IMG/VR virus record: IMGVR_UViG_3300047557_000735
Span: 1 to 58,604 of that record
DNA length: 58,604 nucleotides
DNA from: a virus
Taxonomy: Duplodnaviria; Caudoviricetes
Direction: 5' to 3' (one strand)
A program made the position numbers and the translations under genes. The notes under the pieces are model-generated. The model did no database searches, was not told the DNA's origin, and worked only from the letters and a program-made list of their open reading frames with translations. Positions 44,399 to 53,600 of the stretch are shown piece by piece. Numbering within the stretch: position 1 is the stretch's first letter; the number at the start of each line of letters is the position of its first letter.

Positions 44399-45367
44399 AT
44401 GGTTAAAAAGATGGATGAAGTTGAATTTCAATTTCCTGATGAGCAGAAGGAAACGGAGTCCAAGGCTAAGCCTGTGGATGATGATATTGAGTTTGAGATT
44501 GAGGACGATACCCCGCCGGAAGATAGAGGCCGCACCCCTCTGCCAAAGGACTTGGTTGAAGATCTAGAAAAAGACGACTTGGAAGAATATTCCGAGAACG
44601 TAAAGGTCAAGCTCAAGCAGATGAAGAAGGTCTGGCACGATGAGCGCCGGGAGAAAGATCAAGCCTTGCGTGAGCGCCAAGCGGCAGAAGAGTTGGCGCA
44701 GCGAATTTACGCTGAGAACCAGAAGCTTAGATCTAGGATCACAGAGGGAGAAATATCCTTCTTGCATACCTACAAGAATGCAGCAGAGTTAGAACTTAAG
44801 TCGGCAGAGAAGGCATACAAAGACGCCTATGACATGGGCGATTCTGATGCCATTATTACTGCGCAGAAACAACTAAACGCAGCACAGTTTAAGTTGCAAA
44901 AAGCGCAAGAATATGTTCCTGCTTTACAACAGCAAGAAGATGATGTAAAAGTCGCATCAGAAAATCAAGTGCCTCGTCCTGACCAACGGGCTGTTGCGTG
45001 GCAAGAGCGCAATACATGGTTCGGTAAGGATGAGGAAATGACCAGCCTTGCACTTGGTTTGCATCAAAAGCTGGTTAATCAGTATGGGTCTAGCTACCCC
45101 AGTACTGATGAGTATTGGGCGAAAGTCGATGAGACTATGCGCCGCCGGTTCCCCGATTATTTCGAGGACCGAAGGCAGGACGAAACGCAGCCGACAAGAC
45201 AGCAGCGTACAGAAAAACCTTCTACGGTCGTGGCACCAGCGACCCGAAGCACAGCCTCCAAAAAGATTGTGCTGAAGCAGTCGGAACTGAACATTGCCAA
45301 GCGCCTCGGGTTAACACCTGAGCAATATGTCCGTGAGAAGATGAAAATGGAGGCCCAAAATGGCTGA
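44399..45367 (+). CDS. Capsid scaffolding protein (probable)
   Basis: Acidic N-terminus, coiled coil, W...N.WFG and a C-terminal AKRLGLTPEQY hook. Confidence 0.7.
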   Translation: MVKKMDEVEFQFPDEQKETESKAKPVDDDIEFEIEDDTPPEDRGRTPLPKDLVEDLEKDDLEEYSENVKVKLKQMKKVWHDERREKDQALRERQAAEELAQRIYAENQKLRSRITEGEISFLHTYKNAAELELKSAEKAYKDAYDMGDSDAIITAQKQLNAAQFKLQKAQEYVPALQQQEDDVKVASENQVPRPDQRAVAWQERNTWFGKDEEMTSLALGLHQKLVNQYGSSYPSTDEYWAKVDETMRRRFPDYFEDRRQDETQPTRQQRTEKPSTVVAPATRSTASKKIVLKQSELNIAKRLGLTPEQYVREKMKMEAQNG

Positions 45368-45806
45368 AAACAGAGCACCCCGTAATACAGAAACGCGTGA
45401 CGAGTCGGCGCGTCCTAAGCAGTGGACACCGCCAGAGCTTCTCCCTGAACCAGATAAGCAACCCGGCTTCGCGTACAGATGGATTCGCATTTCAACCTTG
45501 AACAATTCTGATCCGCGTAATCTTTCCGCAAAGCTGCGTGAGGGATGGGAGCCAGTCAAGATTGAGGAGCAGCCAAAATTCCAACTGCTAGTCGATCCGA
45601 CAAGTCGATTCAAAGACAATGTCGAGGTTGGCGGACTGTTACTTTGTAAGACCCCGAAGGAACTTGTTGATCAGCGTAATTCTTATTACCAGAATCAAGC
45701 AGAGGGCCAGATGGAGTCTGTCGATAACAGTTTGATGCGCCAAAACGATCCGCGTATGCCGCTGTTCAATGAACGAAAGTCTACAACGTCGTTTGGGAAA
45801 GGTTAA
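45360..45806 (+). CDS. Conserved head-region protein
   Basis: YRWIR...D..N.....REGWEPV...GGL.L.K.P. Confidence 0.75.
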   Translation: MAENRAPRNTETRDESARPKQWTPPELLPEPDKQPGFAYRWIRISTLNNSDPRNLSAKLREGWEPVKIEEQPKFQLLVDPTSRFKDNVEVGGLLLCKTPKELVDQRNSYYQNQAEGQMESVDNSLMRQNDPRMPLFNERKSTTSFGKG

Positions 45807-45828
45807 TTTTTAATTACTGGAGCTTAAT

Positions 45829-46527
45829 ATGGCTTATCCGACTGTATCAGCCCCCTACGGGCTAAAACCGATCAATCTGATCGGCGGTCAGGTGTTTGCG
45901 GGTCAAACCCGTGAACTCCCGATTGCAAGCGCCTACGCTACCGTTATTAATAACGGCGACGTAGTTAAGTTCAACACTACTGACGGCACCATCGAGAAAG
46001 AGACTGGCACCGCTACCATTAGTGCTAATGGTATTGTTGGCGTGTTTCTTGGTTGCAGCTATACCAACCCCTCGACAGGTCAGAAGCTGTTTGCCAACTC
46101 GTATCCGGGTGGCGTTACTGCTGACGACATTCTGGCTTATGTAGCAGATGATCCAGATCAACTGTTCAAGGTTGCTGTGACTGGCGGTTCAACTTCGACC
46201 ACCATCACCCCTATTGCTGGCACTATTCTTGGCAGCAACTTGGGTATTTCTCAGCCCGCCGCGAATACCACAATCTCTGGCAATTCCAACATCGGCGCAT
46301 ACAATGCGGCAGATAGCACTGTTGCTACGCTCCCGTTGCGTGTCGTTGGTTTGGTAGAAGAGACTACCAATTCGAGCGGCAATTACAGCGAAGTGATTGT
46401 TAAGTGGAATGCGGCTCATATCGTATCTTCCACGACTGCATCCGGAAGTCCGCTGGTCTATGTAACTACTAGTACCGTGACAGGTGGTCATTGCTACCTG
46501 AATCCGAACGGTCAGTTCAACGTATAA
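45829..46527 (+). CDS. Capsid decoration/minor capsid protein (probable)
   Basis: PYGL.P, GD.V, GVF.GC.Y, V.DDP..LF; directly before the MCP. Confidence 0.65.
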   Translation: MAYPTVSAPYGLKPINLIGGQVFAGQTRELPIASAYATVINNGDVVKFNTTDGTIEKETGTATISANGIVGVFLGCSYTNPSTGQKLFANSYPGGVTADDILAYVADDPDQLFKVAVTGGSTSTTITPIAGTILGSNLGISQPAANTTISGNSNIGAYNAADSTVATLPLRVVGLVEETTNSSGNYSEVIVKWNAAHIVSSTTASGSPLVYVTTSTVTGGHCYLNPNGQFNV

Positions 46528-46539
46528 GGGAGTTAAACC

Positions 46540-47454
46540 ATGGCTATTTCACGCGCACAACTACTGAAAGAGCTGCTCCCCGGCCTGAACGCCCTGTTCG
46601 GTATGGAGTATGCTCGTTACGGCGAAGAACACAAGGAAATCTACGAAACCGAGACTTCCGAGCGTTCCTTTGAAGAAGAAACCAAACTCTCTGGCTTTAG
46701 TGCCGCACCGGTTAAGAACGAAGGTTCTGCAATCGCGTACGACAACGGTCAGGAAGCTTGGACTGCCCGCTATAACCACGAAACCATCGCTTTGGGTTTC
46801 TCGCTGACCGAAGAGGCCATCGAAGACAACCTGTACGACAGCCTGTCTGCTCGTTACACCAAGGCTCTGGCTCGTGCTATGGCTTACACCAAGCAAGTCA
46901 AAGCAGCAAACGTCCTGAACAACGGCTTCACCAACTCCGCTCAGTATTACGGCGGCGACAACGTGCCTCTGTTCTCGGCTTCGCACCCACTCGTTTCTGG
47001 CGGCACTAACTCGAATATCCCTTCGACACCTGCTGACCTGAACGAAACCTCGCTGGAAAACGCTGTGATTCAGATCGCTGCGTGGACTGACGAACGTGGC
47101 CTGCTGATCGCTGCTCGTCCTAAGAAGCTGATCGTTCCTCCTGCTCTCCAGTTCGTTGCGACTCGTCTGCTGGAAACCGAACTCCGTGTCGGTACCAATG
47201 ACAACGATGTCAACGCGATCAAGAACAACGGTTCGATCCCAGAGGGCTATACGATCAACCACTTCCTGACCGACACGAACGCATGGTTCCTAACCACTGA
47301 CGTTCCTAACGGCATGAAGCACTTTGTTCGTACTCCTTTGCAGAACTCGATGGACGGCGACTTCGATACTGGTAACGTTCGTTACAAGGCTCGTGAGCGT
47401 TATTCCTTCGGCTGGTCAGACCCATTGGGTATGTACGGTTCGCAAGGCGCGTAA
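46540..47454 (+). CDS. Major capsid protein (HK97 fold, Mu gpT-like)
   Basis: MAISRAQLLKELLPGL, EEAIEDNLY, LIVPPAL, DFDTGN.RYKARERYSFGWSD. Confidence 0.9.
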   Translation: MAISRAQLLKELLPGLNALFGMEYARYGEEHKEIYETETSERSFEEETKLSGFSAAPVKNEGSAIAYDNGQEAWTARYNHETIALGFSLTEEAIEDNLYDSLSARYTKALARAMAYTKQVKAANVLNNGFTNSAQYYGGDNVPLFSASHPLVSGGTNSNIPSTPADLNETSLENAVIQIAAWTDERGLLIAARPKKLIVPPALQFVATRLLETELRVGTNDNDVNAIKNNGSIPEGYTINHFLTDTNAWFLTTDVPNGMKHFVRTPLQNSMDGDFDTGNVRYKARERYSFGWSDPLGMYGSQGA

Positions 47455-47457
47455 TAG

Positions 47458-47487
47458 AAAAGGGGGCTTTACTGGCCCCCTTTTTTC
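47458..47487 (+). terminator. Intrinsic (possibly bidirectional) terminator after the MCP
   Basis: AAAA-GGGGGC-TTTACTG-GCCCCC-TTTTTT. Confidence 0.9.
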
Positions 47488-47596
47488 GTATATAAAGTAC
47501 TGAATTTCCGGGGGATTTCCCGGCGCTTACGAACAGGCCCCCCGCCTGACGACATGCAGATCGTTTGCGCTTAACTCGCATGTGAGGACAACTCAA

Positions 47597-48079
47597 ATGG
47601 CACTTTCTACCACCCAAAGTATTTGGCGTTCGGGCGGCGGCGATCAGACTCGCACCGCTTACTGTGGCTCCGGCCTGATGGCTGCTACGTTTTATATTGC
47701 TGACGTAGCTGCTGCAAGCTCTACAAACGTCGTAGTTTCTTCCGCCTCTGGCGCACCCGCGCTGATTCTCCCTGCTGGCGCTCGAATCATGTCGATCACT
47801 TTTACTGGTGACGCTGCGACTGGTCAGACTGATATGGGCTTTACCCTTTACACCACTGGCACCAATACTGGCGCAGGTTTGCTGGATAATGCAAGCAACG
47901 TGGTTGGCACAATTACCCCCGGCGCGTCTGGCTCTGGCACAAGCTTGGGTCTTGTTATGTCGGCAACCGAGTTGGTGTACATCACGGCTCGCGTAGGCGG
48001 CAGCGCAGGTACTGGCAACATGTCTGGTGTGATCCAATACTTCGTAGCCGATCCGCTAGAAGGTCAACAGAACGTCTAA
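47597..48079 (+). CDS. Virion structural protein
   Basis: ATG after GAGGA; LPAGARI motif; G/T/S-rich. Confidence 0.7.
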   Translation: MALSTTQSIWRSGGGDQTRTAYCGSGLMAATFYIADVAAASSTNVVVSSASGAPALILPAGARIMSITFTGDAATGQTDMGFTLYTTGTNTGAGLLDNASNVVGTITPGASGSGTSLGLVMSATELVYITARVGGSAGTGNMSGVIQYFVADPLEGQQNV

Positions 48080-48094
48080 TAAGGAGGCATCACC

Positions 48095-48379
48095 ATGATG
48101 CAAACAGACGTTAAATCGGCGGCATGTCCGGCAGGTGCAAACACCACTGCATTTGACGGACGGACACGCGTACGAGGTATTGCTATTAGCCACGGCGCAA
48201 CCCCCGGTTCTATTACGATCAAAGACGGTGGTTCTGGCGGCGCTACGATGTTTTCGTACACAACACCAGCAGTTGCGGAAGGCATCTACATGCTATTCCC
48301 CGGCGAAGGCATATTGTGCGCTACGGACGTGTACGTTACGACTCCATCAGGAGCGACTGCGACGGTGTTCTATGGCTAA
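48095..48379 (+). CDS. Conserved virion protein
   Basis: MQTDVK, RTRVRG, PGEGIL, T.FYG. Confidence 0.75.
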   Translation: MMQTDVKSAACPAGANTTAFDGRTRVRGIAISHGATPGSITIKDGGSGGATMFSYTTPAVAEGIYMLFPGEGILCATDVYVTTPSGATATVFYG

Positions 48380-48626
48380 GACTCCGGCATGGCAGCGTAA
48401 GGAAGGCAAGAATCCCAAGGGAGGATTGAATGCTAAAGGGCGTGCTTCGTATAACGCTGCCAATCCGGGGAAGCCGGGGCTTAAAGCTCCTCAACCTGAA
48501 GGTGGGTCGCGTAGAGATTCTTTTTGTGCTCGTATGAAAGGCATGAAGAAGAAGCTTACGTCTGCCAAAACCGCGAACGATCCAAACAGTCGCATTAATA
48601 AATCTTTGAGAGCTTGGAAGTGTTAA
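48372..48626 (+). CDS. Small basic conserved phage protein
   Basis: MAKTPAWQRKEGK...GGLNAKGRASY...RRDSFCARM...SLRAWKC. Confidence 0.8.
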   Translation: MAKTPAWQRKEGKNPKGGLNAKGRASYNAANPGKPGLKAPQPEGGSRRDSFCARMKGMKKKLTSAKTANDPNSRINKSLRAWKC

Positions 48627-48628
48627 GC

Positions 48629-48868
48629 ATGGAAATGACTTATGTGTGGACCGGCGGATTAACGCTGTTTACCGGTCTTTTTGCTTACATAGCGCATGAG
48701 AAGTTCTCTGAACTGGCGCGGATTACGATCTTGTTGAACAAGACTCGTGAGGAGATAGCTCGTGATAACGTCACTAAAGCTGAAGTTGAGCGTATTACTG
48801 ACCACATCGATCAACGCTTTAACAGACTTGAGGCGAAGATTGATCAACTCATTGGGCAAAAAGGATAA
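48629..48868 (+). CDS. Small membrane-anchored coiled-coil protein
   Basis: TM helix plus ILLNKTREE.A...V.K...RLEAKID. Confidence 0.7.
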   Translation: MEMTYVWTGGLTLFTGLFAYIAHEKFSELARITILLNKTREEIARDNVTKAEVERITDHIDQRFNRLEAKIDQLIGQKG

Positions 48869-48871
48869 GTA

Positions 48872-49267
48872 ATGCCGACCGTGTCCAAAAAGCAGGAAAA
48901 GTTTATGCAGGCGGTTGCCCACAACCCTGCGTTCGCTAAAAAGGCCGGAGTGCCGCAATCTGTGGGAAAAGAGTTTACTAAATCAGGAGGCGGTATGGCA
49001 GAGTCAAAGAAAATGATGGGTAAGGAAATTGCGTTCATGAAGAAAAAGGGCGCACCCAAGTCCATGGTCAAACACGAGATGGCTGAAGCAGGTATGAAAA
49101 AAGGTGGCATGGCTAAATACGCCAAAGGCGGCATGACTGCATCAAAGATGGGCGCTGTTAAGACTGCCGCTCCTAGCCGTGATGGCGTTGCTGTTAAAGG
49201 CAAAACCAAAGGCAAGATGATTACCATGGCTGGCGGCAAAGGCATGAAAAAAGGCGGGTACTGCTGA
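48872..49267 (+). CDS. Small basic KGG-motif protein
   Basis: SKKQ..FM.AVAH.P.FAKK.G.PQSV; MKKGG, YAKGG, RDGVAVKGKTKG. Confidence 0.75.
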   Translation: MPTVSKKQEKFMQAVAHNPAFAKKAGVPQSVGKEFTKSGGGMAESKKMMGKEIAFMKKKGAPKSMVKHEMAEAGMKKGGMAKYAKGGMTASKMGAVKTAAPSRDGVAVKGKTKGKMITMAGGKGMKKGGYC

Positions 49268-49542
49268 TGATGCCCTCGCGTGGTATGGGTGCCATTAGCC
49301 CATCCAAGATGCCCGGCGGGAAGAAGAAAGCCCGTCGGGATGACACCGACTTCACGCAGTACAAAGAAGGTGGGAAGGTCAATGCTGCTGGTAACTACAC
49401 CAAGCCCGGACTACGTAAGAAGATCGTGAGCCAAGTGAAAGCCGCAGCAACTCATGGCACGGGCGCAGGACAGTGGTCAGCCCGTAAAGCGCAGTTGGTG
49501 GCGAAGAAGTACAAAGCTGCTGGCGGTGGGTACAGGGATTAA
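49267..49542 (+). CDS. Small basic KGG-motif protein
   Basis: SRGMGAI, YKEGG, NYTKP.LR, GQWSARKAQL...YK..GGGY. Confidence 0.75.
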   Translation: MMPSRGMGAISPSKMPGGKKKARRDDTDFTQYKEGGKVNAAGNYTKPGLRKKIVSQVKAAATHGTGAGQWSARKAQLVAKKYKAAGGGYRD

Positions 49543-49543
49543 A

Positions 49544-50146
49544 GTGAAGAAGCGCAAAAAATTTGACGGTGGTGGGTCAGTGATGGATATGTCAACGCAA
49601 GATATGCGTGACCCAGAGTACCGTCGTCGGTTGGAGCGCAAACAGGCATTGGAAGCATCCCCAGTAGGGCCGGAAGATTTGATTGGGTTGGGGCTGGGGA
49701 AAAGGGCATTAAGTACCGCAGAAATGGCAACGCGCCCTTATGTTAGAAACCAAGTTGTTACATCAGAGGGGTTGCGGTTAAAAAGTTCGCCAGTTCGTAT
49801 GCCAACCAGCGATAAAGATATTACGCACGCGTACAGAAATATGTCGCAAGCGGAATATGAAGCAGCAAAAAAATCTGGGTATTTTGAGAGAAACCCAAAC
49901 CCAAAGTACGGTGCGGGCGATGAGAAGTGGTGGAGTGGCGGCGATGAAGTTGGTAAGTTTGGCAGGGAATGGAAAGGTGGCGAGGGTGTTGTTACCATGC
50001 GCGTACCCAGAAGCAAAGTGCCAGAAAGTAAAGCTGTTAGATTTAAAGACGCAGAAAAAATGAACAAGGGGGGTGCTGTAAAGTCAGCATCATCTCGCGC
50101 AGACGGCATAGCCCAGCGGGGTAAGACGCGAGGTAAGATGCGATGA
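49544..50146 (+). CDS. Tagged protein with a central ADP-ribosyltransferase-like domain (tentative)
   Basis: GTG start 1 nt after the upstream stop; FDGGG; AYRNMSQAEYEAAKKSGYF...WWS; C-terminal MNKGG...ASSRADGIAQRGKTRG. Confidence 0.55.
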   Translation: MKKRKKFDGGGSVMDMSTQDMRDPEYRRRLERKQALEASPVGPEDLIGLGLGKRALSTAEMATRPYVRNQVVTSEGLRLKSSPVRMPTSDKDITHAYRNMSQAEYEAAKKSGYFERNPNPKYGAGDEKWWSGGDEVGKFGREWKGGEGVVTMRVPRSKVPESKAVRFKDAEKMNKGGAVKSASSRADGIAQRGKTRGKMR

Positions 50147-50376
50147 AAGCGCCACAGCAATCGCTGAAAGACTGGGGAGACCAGAAATGGCGAACCAAAA
50201 GCGGAAAGCCGTCGTCAAAGACCGGGGAGCGTTACCTCCCGGAAAAGGCAATCAAGGCTCTAAGCCCAGCCGAGTATGCCGCCACGACGAGGGCAAAGCG
50301 GGCAGGGAAAGCAAAAGGTAAGCAGTTCGTAGCGCAACCTAAGAGCATCGCAAAGAAAACAGCGGGGTATCGATAA
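50143..50376 (+). CDS. Small basic conserved phage protein
   Basis: QQSLKDW..QKWRTKSGKPS..TGERYLP. Confidence 0.75.
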   Translation: MKAPQQSLKDWGDQKWRTKSGKPSSKTGERYLPEKAIKALSPAEYAATTRAKRAGKAKGKQFVAQPKSIAKKTAGYR

Positions 50377-50657
50377 TGGGATTTAAAAGTTTTATGGGGA
50401 CGATTAGCCCCGTGTATGGCGCAGCTACTGGAGAGGGTACGATGGGCAGAATGCTCAATCCCGAGAAAGCGGCGGAGATTGCGCGTGAAGAACGGATGCG
50501 TCAACAAGCCGCTGCGGAACAAGCAAACGCTGATCGCCAAGCTCAGATTGCCGCGCATTATAGCGAGGGCATGAAGAAAGGCGGTAAAGTACGCACAGCC
50601 TCATCCCGTGCAGACGGTATTGCCCAACGGGGCAAGACCAAGGGAAGGATTGTGTGA
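50376..50657 (+). CDS. Small tagged protein
   Basis: C-terminal MKKGGKVRTASSRADGIAQRGKTKG. Confidence 0.75.
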   Translation: MGFKSFMGTISPVYGAATGEGTMGRMLNPEKAAEIAREERMRQQAAAEQANADRQAQIAAHYSEGMKKGGKVRTASSRADGIAQRGKTKGRIV

Positions 50658-50833
50658 TGGCTGAGAAATGGATTCAAAAGGCAATAAAGAAACCGGGGGC
50701 GTTACGCGCTCAGCTTGGCGTAAAAGAGGGCAAACCCATCCCGGCAAAGAAACTTGCTGCCGCTGCGAAAAAACCGGGAAAGATGGGTCAACGTGCAAGG
50801 CTTGCAGAAACCCTCAAAGGTTTGAAAAAGTAA
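50657..50833 (+). CDS. Small basic conserved phage protein (58 aa)
   Basis: Not in the ORF track. MAEKWIQKAIKKPGALR..LG...G..IPAKKL...RARLAETLK. Confidence 0.75.
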   Translation: MAEKWIQKAIKKPGALRAQLGVKEGKPIPAKKLAAAAKKPGKMGQRARLAETLKGLKK

Positions 50834-50841
50834 GGTAAATC

Positions 50842-51585
50842 ATGCCAGTAACTACGTCCACAACCAGCTTTAATCCCAACCTCAACGAAATTATCGAAGA
50901 GGCGTTTGAGCGTTGCGGCAAAGAGTTGCGCACTGGTTATGACTTTCGCACAGCCCGCCGCAGCCTTAACCTGCTTATTACTGAGTGGGCTAATCGGGGC
51001 ATCAACCTGTGGACAGTTGAGCAAGGTCAGATCCCACTAGTTCAAGGACAGGTAACTTATGATCTACCTAATGATACCGTTGATCTTCTTGAGCATGTTA
51101 TTCGTACTAATCCCGGACAGATTGGTAATCAAACGGATATAAACATTAACCGGATCAGCGTATCTACATACGCCACAATCCCCAACAAGATTACGCAAGG
51201 AAGACCAATTCAGGTGTGGGTAAACCGCCGCTCTGGTCAAACTACAGATTTGCTTGGAGCTACTCCGGCATATCCGCAGATTAACGTGTGGCCTTCGCCT
51301 GACCAAGGCACCTCACAAAACCCATATTACTACTTTGTTTACTGGCGTTTGCGTCGCATTGTGGACGCCGGGACGGGTGTGAATGTTGAAGATATTCCAT
51401 TCCGTTTTCAAAATGCGATGGTTGCGGGGCTTGCTTGTAAACTGGCGTTGAAGTTGCCAGATGTGTCGATTGATCGAATGAGTATTTTGAAAGCTGAGTA
51501 CGCTGAAGCTTGGGAGATGGCTGCTGGCGAAGACCGCGAAAAGGCACCAGATCGATTTGTGCCGCGCATGCTTACGTACAGGTGA
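50842..51585 (+). CDS. Head-tail connector / tail tubular A-like protein
   Basis: IEEAFERCG...ARRSLN....W.NRG.NLW, Y.TIPNK...GRP.Q, WP.PD. Confidence 0.7.
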   Translation: MPVTTSTTSFNPNLNEIIEEAFERCGKELRTGYDFRTARRSLNLLITEWANRGINLWTVEQGQIPLVQGQVTYDLPNDTVDLLEHVIRTNPGQIGNQTDININRISVSTYATIPNKITQGRPIQVWVNRRSGQTTDLLGATPAYPQINVWPSPDQGTSQNPYYYFVYWRLRRIVDAGTGVNVEDIPFRFQNAMVAGLACKLALKLPDVSIDRMSILKAEYAEAWEMAAGEDREKAPDRFVPRMLTYR

Positions 51586-51588
51586 TGT

Positions 51589-52011
51589 ATGCCAAGCAAA
51601 TATGCAAGTGGCAAACATTCGATTGCGGAGTGTGACCGCTGTGGTTTTAGGTACAAGCTAAAAGAGTTAAAGACACTTACGATCAAGACAAAAAACGTCA
51701 AGATCAAAGTGTGCCCAACCTGTTGGGAGCCAGATCAGCCGCAGTTGTCGCTGGGCCTATACCCGGTGAACGATCCGCAGGCAGTTAGGGAGCCGCGTCC
51801 TGATGTGAGTTATCGGCAGTCTGGCTACAGTGGTTTGCAGTTGGTGTTTCAGCAAAACACCTCTATAGAATCGAATGGATTTCCGGAGGGCGGTAGCCGG
51901 GTAATCCAGTGGGGTTGGGCACCGGTAGGTGGGGCAAGCGCAAATGATGCTGCGTTAACGCCAAACTACCTAACATCGGCTGGTATAGTAGGTAGTGTGA
52001 CAATTACTTAG
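51589..52011 (+). CDS. Conserved CxxC-CxxC virion-region protein
   Basis: CDRCGF.Y.L..L...VC..CW.PD.PQ...DPQA.R.PRPD. Confidence 0.75.
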   Translation: MPSKYASGKHSIAECDRCGFRYKLKELKTLTIKTKNVKIKVCPTCWEPDQPQLSLGLYPVNDPQAVREPRPDVSYRQSGYSGLQLVFQQNTSIESNGFPEGGSRVIQWGWAPVGGASANDAALTPNYLTSAGIVGSVTIT

Positions 52012-52019
52012 GAGTAATT

Positions 52020-52181
52020 ATGGACAAGATGAAACAAGTGGCTAAGGCCGAAGTTAAGGCACATGAGAAACGCATGCACAAAGGCATGGCTAAAGGCGGC
52101 GTAACTGGTGAGGCTATGAAGCGCATGGGCCGCAATATGGCTCGTGCTATGAATCAGCGCGGTGGCGGAAGGGGTCGATAA
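52020..52181 (+). CDS. Small basic KGG-motif protein (53 aa)
   Basis: Not in the ORF track. AGGAG RBS; V.AHEKRMH..MAKGGVT...MK.MGRNMAR. Confidence 0.7.
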   Translation: MDKMKQVAKAEVKAHEKRMHKGMAKGGVTGEAMKRMGRNMARAMNQRGGGRGR

Positions 52182-52438
52182 TGGCTAAATTTTCTCAAAA
52201 AGTTAAAGGCAAAGAAGTGGGACAAGCCACTGTCTATGCTGAGCCACACACTATGAGTGGTAAAAAAGTAAAGGCGCAAGTGCCGGAGCAGTCTGGCAAG
52301 GCGTACATGGATGAGATGAATATCTCGGCTGGCGGTGTTAGCAAAGGTAACTACAAGCCAACTAAAACTGATGGCATCAAAATCCGTGGTACTGGCGCAG
52401 CAACTAAGGGCACTATGGCTCGTGGTCCGATGGGTTAA
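52181..52438 (+). CDS. Small basic protein with RG.GAATKG motif
   Basis: GIKIRGTGAATKGTMARGPMG. Confidence 0.75.
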   Translation: MAKFSQKVKGKEVGQATVYAEPHTMSGKKVKAQVPEQSGKAYMDEMNISAGGVSKGNYKPTKTDGIKIRGTGAATKGTMARGPMG

Positions 52439-52440
52439 TC

Positions 52441-53172
52441 ATGACGTACACCGAACTGTTCATTGCGGTTAAGAACTACCTGCAAAACGATTTCCCCACA
52501 AATACGTGGACGGACGTAGCAGGCACAGGCACCACTACGTCTAACGGCACCGAACAGATCAATACCTTTATCAAGCAGGCTGAGGAGCGCATCTATAACA
52601 CGGTGCAAATTCCGCCCTTGCGTAAGAACGTCACAGGCTTAACGACTACTGGTAACAAATATCTCTCATGTCCGTCTGACTTTATGTCGGTGTTTTCTAT
52701 GGCGGTAATTGAAAACCCCGGTACTGCCAATGAGAATTATGAGTACCTGTTAAACAAAGATGTAAACTTTATCCGCGCATCGTATCCAAATTCAACATCT
52801 ACAGGTTTGCCGGAGTACTACGCTTTGTTCGGCCCCACCGTGGTAACCAGCGTTATAACAGACGAGTTAAGTTTTATTCTTGGTCCCACTCCTGATGCGG
52901 CCTACACCGTAGAGTTGCACTACTACGCTTACCCAGAGTCGATTACGGTCGCTGCTGATGGGCGTACATGGCTTGGTGACAATTACTCACCTGTTCTGCT
53001 GTATGGCACGATGCTTGAAGCCTATGTGTTCTTGAAGGGCGAGACCGACATGATGAACACTTACAAAGGTAAGTACGACGATGCTCTGTCTCAATTGAAT
53101 CGTCTGGGTACAGGTCTTGAGCGTGGTGATGCATACCGCGATGGTCAGGCGAAGATTAAGGTTAATCCATGA
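52441..53172 (+). CDS. Head-tail adaptor protein
   Basis: MTY.EL...V..Y, FI.QAE.RI, P.DF, G.P.YY, GPTPD..Y.VELHY. Confidence 0.75.
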   Translation: MTYTELFIAVKNYLQNDFPTNTWTDVAGTGTTTSNGTEQINTFIKQAEERIYNTVQIPPLRKNVTGLTTTGNKYLSCPSDFMSVFSMAVIENPGTANENYEYLLNKDVNFIRASYPNSTSTGLPEYYALFGPTVVTSVITDELSFILGPTPDAAYTVELHYYAYPESITVAADGRTWLGDNYSPVLLYGTMLEAYVFLKGETDMMNTYKGKYDDALSQLNRLGTGLERGDAYRDGQAKIKVNP

Positions 53173-53591
53173 TCCAGCAAGGACTGACAAACAGCTTCAA
53201 ACAAGAGATGCTCCAAGCAGGGCAGAACTTGGCAACCGACACACTGAAGATGGCGCTTTACACAGCGTTCTCTGATATTGGTCCGCTGACTACGGTTTAC
53301 ACAGCGACTAATGAAGTAACAGGCACTGGATATGTTGCAGGCGGAGTTGCGGTCACAGGCGCTACGATCAGCACTGACGTAAACACAGGCACAGTGTATG
53401 TGGACTTTAATAATGTTTCATGGCCCGGAGCCAACTTTATTGCCCGTGGTGCATTGATTTACAACGTTACTCGCAGTAATAAATCAGTAGCTGTGCTGGA
53501 CTTTGGTTCAGATAAAACTTTTAGTAGCACAAGCAACACCGTCACCATGCCAGCTAACACGGCAACGACGGCGCTAATCCGTTTTCCTTGA
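53169..53591 (+). CDS. Tail structural protein
   Basis: SFKQE.L, KMALYT, NEV.GTGY.AGG, ARGALIYN, VLDFG.DK. Confidence 0.75.
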   Translation: MIQQGLTNSFKQEMLQAGQNLATDTLKMALYTAFSDIGPLTTVYTATNEVTGTGYVAGGVAVTGATISTDVNTGTVYVDFNNVSWPGANFIARGALIYNVTRSNKSVAVLDFGSDKTFSSTSNTVTMPANTATTALIRFP

Positions 53592-53600
53592 GAGGTAGTC

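Noticed and set aside
46561-47262. Long antisense ORFs (also 31789-32475, 1682-2491, 47306-48037)
   Set aside because: They lie opposite well-supported genes, lack recognisable motifs, and are explained by codon bias.
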